Position numbers and translations under genes: made by a program. The notes beneath the pieces were generated by a model. That model ran no database searches. It was given only the letters and a program-made list of their open reading frames with translations, and was not told where the DNA came from. Of a stretch of 64,000 bases of DNA, positions 38,330-50,903 are shown piece by piece. The DNA is from Squalus acanthias (Eukaryota). The first letter of the stretch is position 1, and every line of letters begins with the position of its first letter. The stretch spans positions 31,560,001-31,624,000 of the forward strand of contig CM059433.1 in assembly GCA_030390025.1 (NCBI GenBank), written 5' to 3'.

Positions 38330-39051
38330 GGCCCAGAATTTGCTGGAGTGGAGCAACTCGCTGCATACCCCGTTAGTTAGACTTTTTCCTTCACCCTTCA
38401 GCTCAAAATGTTTTTGCGCCACAAATTGGTGGAAGTGCGAGATAATAACGGCATGGCAAGGGCAACGGGGCATCTGGGCCCTTGGTGGACGATGGGACCA
38501 ACTGTCTATCTCCTCAACCAATGGAATTTAAGGATAGAGAAAGAGACAGAGGAACAACGGTGAAGGAGGGTGAATTAGAATCAAATTAGACACAGAAATA
38601 GAAATAAAGAGAGGGAAGGAAAGATTGGATTAAGTGAGAGCGAGAAAAGAGACAGAAAGGAAAAGTAAGAAAAAAAAATTAAATTGAAAATTTTAAGTTT
38701 TAAAAATCTCTAACAATTTACTACCTGTAGGAATGAAACTCCACAGTTTCATATTATTCCCTTTCTGGGCTAGAGAGGTTGATTGGCATTGCAAGAACAT
38801 AAATCATTAAAGTCATTAAAAGGGTCCTTACGTCATTAAGTACCAGTCCTAACTTTCTGCAGCAAGTTAAATTGCCAATTAATGCGCAAATGCAGCAACT
38901 TCATGAAACTCACGGCGAGGTTGAAGGAGAGCGGCTGTTTTTGCAAGGCTAACGGCATATCTCTTCCTCGCCACAAATTACTGGGTTTTTTGCACGTTAA
39001 TAATGGTGTGCACATTAAACTGGCCGTTATTTCCCCAGCAAGTTCTGGGCC
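38330..39051. mobile_element. PIF/Harbinger MITE
   Basis: TIRs GGCCCAGAATTTGCTGG / revcomp GGCCCAGAACTTGCTGG; 3-bp TSD ATG on both sides; a related reversed fragment lies at ~4130-4590. Confidence 0.85.
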
Positions 39052-39054
39052 ATG

Positions 39055-39756
39055 GTCCCCTGTTCCGGCGTGCAGTGAGTGAGTGCGAAAAGGAGCGGAG
39101 CGGGAGCAATGGGACTTCTGACATAGTGGAGCCGGGAGGAGATAGACCGGGGTCTGAGGAAACCAAAGAGATTGGGGTCCAAGTGAGAGAGAGGGACCAG
39201 GGTGTGAAGCAACGCTGAGGGGATGAGTGCTGGGGCGGGAATAGGCCAACTTTGGGCGAACATTTTGAAGGGAGGGAGGAAGATACAGAACAGCAGCGGG
39301 CAGAAAAAGCTAAGTATCATTTAAGAATTATTCAGCTAAATGCTAATTTATAGATTTTACTACAGAATAGCTTCAGGGCAAGTAAAAGTAAGAGTGAGTG
39401 ATAGAAATCATTCATTAAACAATAACTGGAAAAAAATTCTGTTGGGTTAAGTATATAAATAGGTATGGCAGGATCAAGTCTAGAGTGATGTGTGCAGTAT
39501 GCGTGATGTGCACCTGCCTGGACTCGCATAACATGCAGGGTGACTACATATGTATGAAGTGTACGAAGGTTGCACTCCTTGAGCAGAAAGTTGCACAGCT
39601 TGAGAGTTAACTGGACACACTCCGCAACATTTGCGACGGAGAAAGGAAGAATGTTTTCTGGAGCAGACATTCTAGAAGGTGGTCACGGCACCGATTGTTG
39701 GCAATGGAGAAGATGGTAAGGGAGACTGGGTGACCATCGGTAGACTTAGAGAAGCT
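39055..39756 (+). mobile_element. CR1 5' UTR and ORF1 start (zinc finger/leucine zipper), decayed
   Basis: VMCAVCVM..DYICMKCTKVALLEQKVAQLES*LDTLRNI, resembling CR1 ORF1 N-terminus. Confidence 0.65.
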
Positions 39757-41822
39757 GGGCTAAAAATTCGATAGCCCCTGCCTGCAAATTTAAATGATAG
39801 TGGTGTGCTGTCCAGCACTAAACACTCAACAGGGGGGCCCAAGTTTGTGCGAGGCTAGCACCAATTAAAGCTATCCTGCACTTCTTAATGCCAGCCTGCA
39901 TTTCTTAAAGGGGAGGTGCAGTTTGACAAGACCTGGTGCTGGAAGTCATACCAGAAGGCAGTTTTAACTAGGAAACATTCAGCAATGGCACAATAGGCCA
40001 GCTAGAGGGCCCCAAGGTTCTCAGACGCAGCACTGGAGGCCTTAGTACAGGAGGTGGAGAGGAGGAGAGAGGTCCTGTTTCCACAGGGGGCCAGGAGGCC
40101 CTCCAGATAGACATTGCGAAGGCAGTAGGACCAGATAGCCATGGACGTCAATGCCAATACTCTTGCCCCGAGGACCTGGATGCAGTGTCAAAAGATGTTC
40201 TATGATCTCACATGAGTTGTCAATATCAGTGAATGCATCTTCAAATGCCATACCCCACCAACTGCACCACTAGCCTCACACACTGCTCAATTCACCACAC
40301 CCTGATTACTCACCTACCAACAATCATGACCCATTCCTCAGATTCATATGATCCATCTCACCCTCACACACTTATCACTGCTGCAAGCTTCACACCCCCA
40401 TCTCACACCTTGCACACACTGCCAGCTATTCAACCATGACAGCCACATCAGCCAAACACATTGCACCACTCTCACTGACACACTTCCCTCTCTCTTGCAG
40501 GACAAGGTGGCCCACAACCGGAGGCAGCGGCACCTAACCAGAGGAGGACATGCACGCCTCCATATCCTGACCCCGCTCGAGGAGACAGTGCTCAGCATAA
40601 CTGGAGTGGCTTTGACTAAAGCTCTGAGCAGTGGCGGGGCTAAAACTATTGAACATGATGCTATTCTCATACCTAATCCTCCTTCTCACATCCCACTTCC
40701 CCTCATCCCACAATCTCTTCTGACTTACAAGCTGAAGATGGTGTAAGCATGCACCTCTTGCTTCCCCAACCCCCCTCTCCTCACCACAACCCTACCCTTG
40801 CGCCTTTCTCCTTTCAGAGACCCAAGAAACAATCTTCCCTATAATTTTTTTTTGGTGCGCGGGCCCTTTAACTGGCTGCTCGGCCCTTTGAGTTTTTCGC
40901 ACAGGCACGGTTATTTCCATTGAAAAGCCGGTGAGCGGCCTGCGCGGGCCTCCAAACCAATCTGGCCAGGCACTGGTGCAAGAGGAAGAGGAAGAGGAGA
41001 GTGATGATGAAGAAGAAATACCATCACTCGGTCTGACACTCGCAGCCTCCAGTTCAGATACTGGCACTGCCCAGAGTTTACAGGGTAGTTTAGAGGCGGA
41101 TCTCCACGTGGTGAGTCACTGGGCGTGCAGTGGGTTGCAGCCAGGGCAGGGGGAAAGTGTGGCACAAGTTCCAGCTCCCGGAGGGTGAGGTCGCACACAA
41201 GTTTTGCCTGCACAGCACTCAGATGAGGACTTCGATGGGGTGGCCTACAGAACAAAGCTGATGGGTATGCACAACAAGATGCTTGGTGCACTGGCAGGCC
41301 TGCCAGAAAGCCTGAATGCAATGTCAAGGAGCATGGAGGAGTCCAGCTCCAACCTTGCACAGGGCTTTGCACAGAGCTTGGAGCCCATCCTTTGCAGAGT
41401 GGAAGGGGTGGGCAGATCCATTAGCGCACTTGTGGACCCAACCATGATTCAGCGTCTGATGGCCGATGTCTCAGCTTCCATTGCAGCACAAGCAGAAGTC
41501 ACTCTACGTCTGAGTGCTGCAGTGGAAGTTCAGTCTGAAGTCATGCAGGCTCATCTTGCTGCCACGCAAGCTCAGACTGCTGCCATCATGTCTGGGGTTA
41601 GCAGTGTTGAAAGGGCCTTGCAGGGTGTCACAGGATGACTGCATTCGTCCTCCCACCACCTTCCGGTGAACGCTTCCAGCGCCAATGCTAACACCTTCAC
41701 CAAAACGTGTCTGGCGCGGCCCGCACCAGAAGTGTGCGCGCGTTCCTCGGACGCTATTTTTGACCGAAAACGGCACGCATAGCACCCAAACAACCGGCGC
41801 CACGCAACCGAAATTTTAGCCC
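39757..41822 (+). mobile_element. Harbinger deletion derivative carrying only the Myb/SANT gene
   Basis: TIRs GGGCTAAAAATTCG / revcomp GGGCTAAAATTTCG; contains the Myb pseudogene; no transposase. Confidence 0.85.
39985..41635 (+). pseudogene. Harbinger Myb/SANT (trihelix) DNA-binding protein pseudogene, 3 exons
   Basis: RAPRFSDAALEALVQEVERRREVLFP..PRTWMQCQKMFYDL with stops; exon 2 from 40501 (cag|DKVAHNRRQRHLTRGG); exon 3 from 40819; donors mutated; MITE-like insert ~40830-40950. Confidence 0.85.
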
Positions 41823-41824
41823 GA

Positions 41825-42075
41825 GTTTCCACTTGTGGGGGACACCAAAACTAGGGGCCGTCAATATAAGATAGTCACTGATAAATCCAATAAGTAATTC
41901 AGGAGAAACTTCTTTACCCAGAGAATGGTTAGAATGTGGTATTCGGTATCACAAGGAGTAGTTGAGGCGAATAGCATAGATGCATTTAAGGGGAAGCTAG
42001 ATAAACACATGAGGGAGAAAGGAATAGAAGGTTATGCTGATAGGATTAGATGAAGAGGGGTGGGAGGAGGCTGAT
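41825..42075 (+). mobile_element. CR1 3' end fragment
   Basis: tttccacttgtgggg..aaaactaggggc..ttcaggagaaacttctttacccagag..gagggagaaaggaatagaagg. Confidence 0.85.
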
Positions 42076-43504
42076 GGGGAGCCAGTCGTAGTCGAAACTA
42101 GAAGCAGCTGGGAAATGATTTCAGTGGTATGTTACATCAGTACATGTTACAGAAGAGTGTCAAGACTGTGCTGATATAGATGAACACACAGTTGAAAATT
42201 GAAAGATTCCAGACACAAAAAGAGCGTCTGGATTTGATCAGGGTCTCTGAGTAGCTGGTAATGCATCAAGTCCTGGTCACACAGAGAAGAATGGGAAAGG
42301 TTTAACTATACAAGAGCAATAGAAACTAATTTTGAAATTAGCTCCTCTAACAATTGGTTTGAAGATATAACATCAACAAACTAAGTTTCCTGCAGTGAAT
42401 CGGTACAGTCTCTTCTGTATGAGATATGGTTATTAACAGCTGAAAATCAAACCCCTACTGTAAAGCAATCACTATCATCATAAAGTGTTATAAACGAGAG
42501 AGATTTCTTTTAACAAGATCTCTGTAGAATTCAATTGTTTCGAAGGTGAATATTAAGCTTGGAGATAGTCCTCAGTGGCCAGTTTAGGTTAAAAGGTATC
42601 ACATGACAAATCCAAAGAAAAGATTGTACAGTTTCCCGTATTCCAGACTGGCAGGCGGTCAGAGTCTGTGCAAGGTCTGATGTTTGTCAGCATATTTAGA
42701 GATTACCAATCAGCTCGTACGCTAACGGACTCATCGTCCCTTTATGCCTACATATGTAAAATAATGAATATATATGATAAGTAATTAATATGGCAGCAAA
42801 GAACCAAAAGAGAGAGTCTGCAGGGTTAATGTTATGAATAGATGCTCCAGTGCCCATAGTCTTGTCTGGCTAAATGGCATAGTGGGAAATTGCAGGCATG
42901 AATTTTACTGACTGGAAAATTGTGGGAATAAATCTGTGATATCCTGATATGTACTCCAGAGGGTGAGGCTCTGTGCCAGGTGCCCGCGCTTCTAATATTT
43001 ACTCTTGTGTGTTAAGTGGTACACGTTGTGATCAATAAATATAGTCTCGGGGCAGGTGGTAGGGGGAGAATTATAGTGGATAAATCTATGAAACCATTGG
43101 TTGGAATTTCCTGGGTGGGATTTCTCCCAATCGGCCAGTGTAATTTCGGCAGAAGATCAGTGGAAACCCCGCGTGTGACACGTAAACAGGGTTTCTGCCG
43201 ATCTTTCTTCCGCCAAAGTTACAGCGGGAGAATCCCCAAGGAAATTCCCAGCACATCAGTTTGATGTTCAGCTATCCTAAAAGAGGCAAATAAGGTGCTG
43301 GGTTGTATTAGCAGGACTAATGCACAGGGCAAAAGAGGTTATATTAGCACAGTATAAGACATTGATCAGACTCCATTTAGAACATGGTGTGGCATTATGG
43401 TCATTTGATCATATTGATACCCTTCAGAGGGCGTGTAGCAACAGGGACGATTAAGGAAGTTCTGCTTGTTTTCTTCATAAAAAAGGAGAATGCAGGATGA
43501 CTTA

Positions 43505-44355
43505 ATTATATAGCGCCTTTCACGACCACCGAACGTCTCAAAGCGCTTTACAGCCAATGAAGTACTTTTTGAAGTGTAGTCACTGTTGTAATGTGGGAAA
43601 CACGGTAACCAATTTGCGCACAGCAAGCTCCCACAAACAGCAATGTGATAATGACCAGATAAACTGTTTTTGTTATGTTGATTGAGGGATAAATATTGGC
43701 CAGGACACCAGGGATAACTCCCCTGCTCTTACATAGAAACATAGAAACATAGAAACTTGGAGCAGGAGTAGGCCATTCGGCCCGTCGAGCCTGCTCCACC
43801 ATTCAATACGATCATGGCTGATCATCCAAATCCAGCACCCCGTCCCTGCTTTAATCCCCACAGTACACATATCCCACATCCCACCCTACCCCCGTAACCC
43901 CACGCATTTAATTCCCCCTAACATATCCCATCCTATCCCCATAACCCCACATATTTAATCCCCCCCTAACATTAAGGGTCAATTTATCATAGCCAAATCA
44001 ACCTAACCCGCACATTTTTGGACTGTGGGAGGAAACCGGAGCAACCCACGCAGACACGGGGGGAATGTGCAAACTCCACACAGACAGTCACCCGAGGTCA
44101 GATTCGAACCCGGGTCCCTGGCGCTGTAAGGCACCAGTGCTAACCACTACGCCACCGTGCTGCCCTTCGAAATAGTGCCTTGGGATCTTTTATGTCCACC
44201 TGAGAGAGCAGACGGGGCCTCGATTTAATATCTCATCCAAAAGACGGCACCTCTGACAGTGCAGCACTCCCTCAGCACTGCACTGGAGTGGGACTTGAAC
44301 CCACAACCTTCTGACTCAGAGGTGAGAGTGCTACCAACTGAGCCACAGCTGACAC
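43505..44355 (-). mobile_element. SacSINE1-like SINE split by a HE1 SINE
   Basis: Tail 43505-43730 and head/Deu 44166-44355 rejoin as ccctgctctt|cttcgaaatagtg. Confidence 0.85.
43731..44165 (-). mobile_element. HE1 SINE (V-SINE) with CR1/HER1-derived tail
   Basis: Minus strand GGGCAGCACGGTGGCGTAGTGGTTAGCACT..GGTTCGAATC..TGTGTGGAGTTTGCACATTC..GGTTTCCTCCCACAGTCCAAA (V domain), (TTTCTATG)n tail; internal duplication ~43880-43970. Confidence 0.9.
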
Positions 44356-44994
44356 TGGATAAAGAAAGTAATCCATAATATTATTCACTGTGGCAGCGGG
44401 TTCAAACGCCTTGAGACACGAGTTAAAAATGAAGAAGTTAGAAGTACAAGCTTAAGTCGGGGAAGTGTTTTCACTCAATGGGTAATAGAATGCAGTGTGA
44501 GTTACTAGAAAGTGCCACCAAAGCAGATAAAATAAATGTGTTCACAAGACAATTAGATACATTCTTAAGGAGAGAAGGGATTACAAAATCTTCTGAGAAG
44601 ATGGATAGTTGAGGTCAATATATCAAAAAAAGACAATCAGGTTTAGCCTTTCTCTATTCCTGAAAAATGTTATAAAGCTACTGAAAGATGTGAAAAAAGA
44701 TCTTCCAGTCCGGTCTTCTTCCGTGCAAGATGCACAGCCACACAAACTGGGTCATACCTGTGTTCCAACATAGATCAAAGAACAAAATGATTGTAAAAGC
44801 AGTACCTCTCCGTCCCTCATTTTCTCGCCAGCATATGTTGGCATTAGAGCTATGCAATAACACCATCTTTTGCAAATGTCATGTTGTTTGTTAATTGTCA
44901 CAATTCTTTCAATTTAACACCCATTTCTTCTCTCTCTAAAATCTTGAACAACTGAGGGCCTTGATTTCTCAATCTTCTGCCGGGTTAAAGAGCG

Positions 44995-45800
44995 AGCACT
45001 GAAATAGCACCTTTCATGTTCTCAGGACACTCTAAAGTGCTTCATAGTCAATGAATTATTTTGAAGTGTGGTCTCTGTTGTTTTGTAGGCAAAACACAGC
45101 AGCTAATTTGTATACAGCCATGCTCCTCAAACAGCATTGAGATAAATTACTACAGGAAACTCTCTTTTAACCAACACCTAAATATCCGGAAATCTCTCTT
45201 AACCGGCAAAATTCAGGAGTAGGTTCAGGTAAGTTTTACTATATATTAGTGGCCGTGTAACCGGGGTTCCTGGATCTGTGGCCGTGTAACCAGGGTTCCT
45301 GCACCTGTGGCCGTGTAACCGGGGTTCCTGCACCTGTGGCCGTGCAACAGGGACTCCTGGATCTGTGGCCATGTAACCGGGACTCCTGCACAAGTGCCGT
45401 GTAACCGGGGCTCCTGCACCTGTGGCCGTGTACGGGGCTCTTGTACCTTGGTAAGTATACCTCTCTGTAATCCGGACTTTTTGATCAACCAGCACCACGC
45501 CGGTCCCGTCGGTGCCGGATAATAAAGAGTTTCCTGTAGTTAACCTGTTTAGATGCTGTTAATTAAAAGATACGTGTTGGCCAGATCACATGGAGTGCTC
45601 ACCTACTCTTCTTCAAATAGTGCCATGGGATCTTTTGTGTCCTCCTGAACAGGCAGATGGGGCCTCAGTTTAATGTTTCATCTGAAAGACGGACCTCCGA
45701 CAATGAAGCACTCCCTCAGTACTGCACTAAAACGTCAGGCTAGATTATATGGACAGGTCCTGGAGCGGGGCTTGAGCCCATGACCTTCTGACCACAGCTG
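44995..45800 (-). mobile_element. Older SacSINE1-like SINE split by a MITE
   Basis: Tail 44995-45150 and Deu/head 45539-45800. Confidence 0.75.
45153..45536. mobile_element. Tc1/mariner (pogo/Tigger-like) MITE containing a 29-bp minisatellite
   Basis: TA TSDs; TIRs CAGGAAACTCTCTTTTAACCAACACC / revcomp CAGGAAACTCTTTATTATCCGGCACC; ~7 units of GTGGCCGTGTAACCGGGGTTCCTG(GAT/CAC)CT at 45249-45445. Confidence 0.85.
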
Positions 45801-47239
45801 CAAATTCTCATAGTTTAATGAAAAATTCTGGCAATGTGGCCAATATATATCAATTTATTTTGCTTAATCATCTGGGACGCTAGTGGTTACTGTATTCTAT
45901 CGCTGACAACCTCATTCTTGATTCTCTGCTGTCATTTAATACCAAGTATCCTTCAGAGTCCTCACTAATCAAATGCTTCAAGCTTTCTTCCCTCTGCTTG
46001 AGTGAGGAGCTAAGTCTCAGCTGCACTGAACTTTAAGTATATCCTAGGAACCAAAATTGGTCGGGTGAAATATCCCTCTGCATGAGGAAGGCCTTCAGAA
46101 TATCTTCTCAAAGATGTTATTTTTCCCAACGAAACCAAGCCTAATTTCGGAGGTAAGTTAAATGCCAGTAAAGTGCCAGGTGCATTGTCAGACCCATAAA
46201 CATAGCTCATATTTTAATAACCAAATGGTGTTGAAAATATGAACCACTGTCACATACAACAAAGCAAATGAACACTTAATTTTACCATTGACTCCAGTTT
46301 ACTGTTAAATGTAAAAGTACAAAAATGAGACAAAATAGAAAACTAGATATTTGAATTTAAAAATATCTTCCACACATATACTAGGTATTCCGTTAACTTA
46401 TTTATGGGTCCCCGTTAAACACCCGAAATTTTTAATGTCAAAAGGAGAGCATGCTACTATAAATGTTCACAATGTTGAATTATTATTTTTGTTTCTTTTA
46501 TAGGTTTAATTTGCTAACTTCTCCCCATCCATTTCTTAAGATCCCTCTTCAAATTGCACCATAGTCCAGGCCAAGAAGTAAGACAGTTGACTTGTTCCCA
46601 GATATCCATTATAGGTGTGAATCCACATTCTACCACTTTGTCATGCAATTTGTCCCAACCATCCTATTACCCTATATGCATCCTCCTCCAATTTGCACCT
46701 CTATTCCCCCCAGCTGTGCTTTATCTCCTAAATATAAAGGAGGAAAAATACAGTTGGTTTGTGCCTCCCATGAGCGCCTGGCAGGGGCGCTAACGGGGCA
46801 CTGATGCAGTAGCGCTGGGGCGAGGCGAATCCAGCGATGCACGGCAAATCAGGTCCCCCCGTAGCTCCGCCACTAACATTTACCGCCGGGGACTTCAACG
46901 CCAGGCAGATCGTGACGTCAATGAGTGTACAACGCTCACTGGGCGCCCGATCTGCAAAATTAATTTATGCCCCCTGCTTTAGCACCTTGCCTTGACAGCG
47001 ACAGGGAGAGGTGGAGTCAAGCAGGCGGATGCCGGCTCCAGGGGCGCTATTTAAAGGCATCCTCAGTAATAAGTCGCAGCTGTCAGGTTAGTGCTGTTTC
47101 ACTGCTTCCTTGTCAGTTTGATTTGCAACAATTTAATTCAGTCATTAAAAGGTTGTTTAGTGTCAGGAGTGTTATGGCTACTAACAATTAGTTACATTTA
47201 TTCTCACAACATATCAATGTGCTACACTTCCTTACATTA

Positions 47240-48120
47240 ATGGGGGCTGTACTGACAGTCGGCCTCGCCCTCCAGGATCTATGACGGAGGCAGCGAGAAA
47301 GATTGGAACATGTGGCCAGAGGGAGGAGGAGGGCCATGAGGGCTCTCAACAGGAGGCCTTACCCTCCGAGGGTCTTCCGACAGCACTTCTCCTACCTCCA
47401 ATTAAGCGAGGAGCAGTGTATTAGAAGGTTCCGCTTCACCAAGGAGGTGGTCACAGAACTCTGCCACCTCCTGCAACCAGACCTCGAGCCTCAGATCACG
47501 GCTCTCTCAGTGGTAGTCAGGGTTACCGTAGCCCTCAATTTCTTCGCCAGTGGATCCTTCCAGTCTGCAACAGGAGATATAGATAACATCTCGCAGTTTG
47601 CCATCCATTGCTGCATCCGGGAGGTCACAGAGGCTCTCTACAGTAGGAGAAGGGATTACATTTTCTTCCCCATCACCATAGAGAAGCAGAACGAGCGTGT
47701 ATGCGGCTTTGCCAGGATAGCGGACTTCTCCATGGTGCAGGGCGCCATTGATTGCACCCTCATGGCTTTGCAGGCACCACATAACAATCCTGACATCTTC
47801 CATAACTGTAAAGGCTACCACTCACTTAATGTGCAGTTGGTGTGCGACCACACACAGTGAATCCTCAATATGAATGCCCGCTATCCTGGCAGCAGCCACA
47901 ATGCCTTCATCCTGCGCCAGACCGGTGTGCCAGCACTCTCTCAGCCACCACATCAAGCTCGCAACTGGCTGGTCGGAGACATGAGCTATCCTCTCTCCAG
48001 CTGACTCATGACTCCCCTCCGCAACCCCAACACTCCTGCCTAGCACTCATATAATGAGAGCCATGCCACCACCATCATCGAGCAGACCATCGCGGTGCTC
48101 AAGCAATGGTTCCGCTGCCA
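47240..48120 (+). pseudogene. Harbinger DDE transposase (HARBI1-like) pseudogene
   Basis: RRPYPPRVFR..LSEEQCIRRFRFTKE..VTVALNFFASGSFQ..VQGAIDCT..KGYHSLNVQLVCD..ARYPGSSH..WLVGD; in-frame stops, frameshifts, 3' truncation. Confidence 0.92.
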
Positions 48121-48124
48121 GTCA

Positions 48125-49918
48125 CTCTCACCTCACCTCTGACTTTAGATGGCCTTGCAGGACACCCTTGACCAGCTCTGGGCCTGGAAGGCCCAGCTGT
48201 AGACTGCACCACCTCAGCATGGGCGGCAGCAGTCTGGGCTGGCTGGATGACAGGCAGCGACAAGGACAGTGGCGGAGTGCTTGTGGTTGGAACAGGAATG
48301 CTGTCCTCCTGAGAGAGGACAGCAGCTTCCTGCTCCACTGATCCACTGCCACTCTTCCGGGGCAGCACCTCAGCATCCCTAGCAATCTGTTGCAGCAAAG
48401 ATTGCTGGCCTGCTGCGACACCGTGAAAGCCCCGGTTGACGGTGGTAGACCCAGCCATGATGGCAGCAGTCAGAGCTTGCGTTGCATCAAGATGAGACTG
48501 CATGAGAGCAGCCTGAGATTGGATGCCACCAACCATAGACTGCATTACAGCACTAAGATGTTGCGTCGCTTCCGCCTGTGCTGCAATGGAAGCTGCCAGA
48601 TCGCCCATCACACGAGGTATCAGGTCTGGGTCATCACGGTCTCTCTGGGAGTCTACCATCCTTTGCAGACTGGAAATGATGGGCTCCATGGTGTACGCAG
48701 AGCTCTGTGCAATGTTGGAGGTGGTCTCCTCCACGCTCCTTACCATTGTTGAGAGGCTCTCGGGCATCCTTGCCATTGCACCTATGATCTCCGTGTGTAT
48801 GCCCATCACCCTTCTTCTAAAGGCCTCCCCATCGAGTTCCTCATCTGAGTCCTATGCAGCAGAACTCATGCGCGAACTCGCCCTCTGGGAAGCTGGCTCC
48901 CAAGCTACCCTTTCCCCCTGGCCTTACTGCAGCCCGCTCATCCCCGGTGCATCACCCTGTGCAGATCCTGCTACTATACTAGCCTCTAAAGAACGCGTAG
49001 TGCCAGTATCTGAACTGGTGCCTGCGGGTGAGACATGCAGTGACGCGATGTCTACTTCCTCCTTCTCTTCTCCCGCCTCACTCTCAACGGTACCCTCAGG
49101 GACAGGTTGCTCAGGTGCTTGCTCATTAACTGACAGCATAAAGGCACAAGAGATGGGTTAAGGTAAAGGGAGGGGGGCAGGAAGGGAGAAATGCATGCAT
49201 GCAGCATGATTAGCTGGAAAGTGCAAAATGCCTGTGGGGTGAGGGGGAAGTGGGATGTGAGAAGAAGGAGTAGGGATGAACATACCATTGTTGTCCCCAA
49301 GGGGGTCAACGTCGCCGGTTGCCACGGCGCCCACCACCTCGTACCCAATAATGTGCAGTACTCGAGTCTCCAGCTCAGACAGTGGTTGGATGTCGGCTTG
49401 TCCCCCGCCTGTGCACTCCTGCTCCCTCCTGTTGTCAGCCACCTTGGCCTGCAAGAGAAAGGAAAGTGTGTGAGTGAGTGTGGAGCAATGTGTCTGAGTG
49501 ATGTGCCTGTCATAGTTGAATAGCTGTGATTGTGTGCAAAGTGTGAGATGTGGGTGTGAGTGTTGGTAGTTAAAGATTGTTGGTGGGTGAGTGCTGGGGG
49601 TGTGGTGCTTTGGGCAGTGTGTGCAGACCGTGGTTCAGATGGTGGTATGTAGCATTTGTTGAGACATTGACTCACCCTGACCACCCGAGTGAGGTTTTTC
49701 AACTTCTTCCTGCACTGTGTGTGGGTCCTGGGGACCACAGTGCTGCCCGAGACATGCTGAGCTACCTCTCTCCACATGGTGCAGAAGACTTGCGGCGAGG
49801 GCCTCCTGCCACTTGCCAGGTAGAGCACCGCCCTCCGTCTTTCCACTGCGAACACCAATGCCTCCAATGCATGGTTGCAGAATCTGCAGGCTCTCTCCCT
49901 GGGGTGTTAATCTGCCAT
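48125..49918 (-). pseudogene. Harbinger Myb/SANT gene pseudogene, exons 49918-49676, 49448-49286, 49129-~48125
   Basis: ALEALVFAVERRRAVLY..WREVA..PRTHTQCRKK; intact GT-AG sites in compatible phases (AGG|GTGAGT, cag|GCC, G|GTATGT, cag|TT); several premature stops. Confidence 0.88.
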
Positions 49919-50788
49919 CATTACGGCTGCTTGAGTCGTCCGGCTCCTTCTCCTTGACCTGCTGCTGCTGGCTGAGACAGCTGCACCGCCAGCAATGATG
50001 AGAATGAGGCTCTGCAGCATCAATGAACCTCCCCTTTAAGAACTGGAAAGCAATGATGACTTGTGATTAGACTGCACTTGATATTGGTCAGTGCTTCGAG
50101 TTTAATGCCACTGAGCTAGGCCATTAGTGCTTGATTTAGCACTGCAATCCTATCTTTGTGCAATGAGACTTAATTTTGCGTGCTGTCTGAAGCATTAGCG
50201 CCTGGCGCTAATTCTCAAACTTTTAAAAATTTACCGTCCATTCCTGGGCTATATTGGATTTCTCCCCCGAAGACCCATGCTGGATTACTGTGCCATGGGC
50301 ACCACCAATCCCCTCAATACCATGTCCAAGGGATCACTCAACAAGTTTGAGCCAGGACATGAATTCTGGTGCATCATTCAACTGGGAGGGGCCACAACTT
50401 GTTCCACCGCAGGCAGGCTTCCAACACTGACCACTGGATAGTTATCAGGAGTTTGAACTTTGGCTAATTTTTCCAAACCTGGGGCATATTAGGCCTATTG
50501 TACTGCTCCAACTAGCATTGGAAGATTCTCCTTGGAATATTTACCTACTGAGGCCATTAGGAAATCCATGAAACTTTTTTATTTGTTATTTTTCAATGCA
50601 CAGCTGAAGTGAGTCAACCTAAATCTCATATCCAGATTTTGAATTCCCCACCGCCCCCAGAAAAATACAAAATATTTTGCAAAATAGCTGTCAGGCAGAA
50701 CATAATATATATTGAACAAACATTTGTCTGGAACTTTCTATGTCAGTTGAGTCACTGACGATTTATCAAATGACTTAAAATTACTTAC

Positions 50789-50903
50789 AACGAATCCATC
50801 AATTAAATTTCGACACAGTCCTGAATGAAAGCAGTTGATGCTGAGGAGTTTACAGTTGTCGATTGCTTCCTCACAATTTCTTCCAGTAAATCCTGGCAAA
50901 CAT
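50789..50903 (-). CDS. EYS: EYS (eyes shut homolog) internal coding exon, EGF-like repeat; probable ortholog of human exon 8
   Basis: Minus strand ttcacAG|A TGT TTG CCA...GGA TTC GTT|GTAAGT; 115 nt, phase 2 in, phase 0 out. Encodes CLPGFTGRNCEEAIDNCKLLSINCFHSGLCRNLIDGFV, closely matching the human EYS segment as I recall it (NCEKAIDHCKLLSINC). Confidence 0.9.

Larger units (their letters stand above)
46739..50268. mobile_element. PIF/Harbinger DNA transposon, two-gene, decayed
   Basis: Imperfect TIRs GGAGGAAAAATACAGT / revcomp GGGGGAGAAATCCAAT; convergent transposase (+) and Myb/SANT (-) genes; both 3' ends lost at the ~48120 junction. Confidence 0.85.

Noticed and set aside
47240..48120. 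Domesticated host HARBI1 gene
   Set aside because: Stops, frameshifts, truncation, TIRs and an adjacent Myb gene show a decayed transposon.
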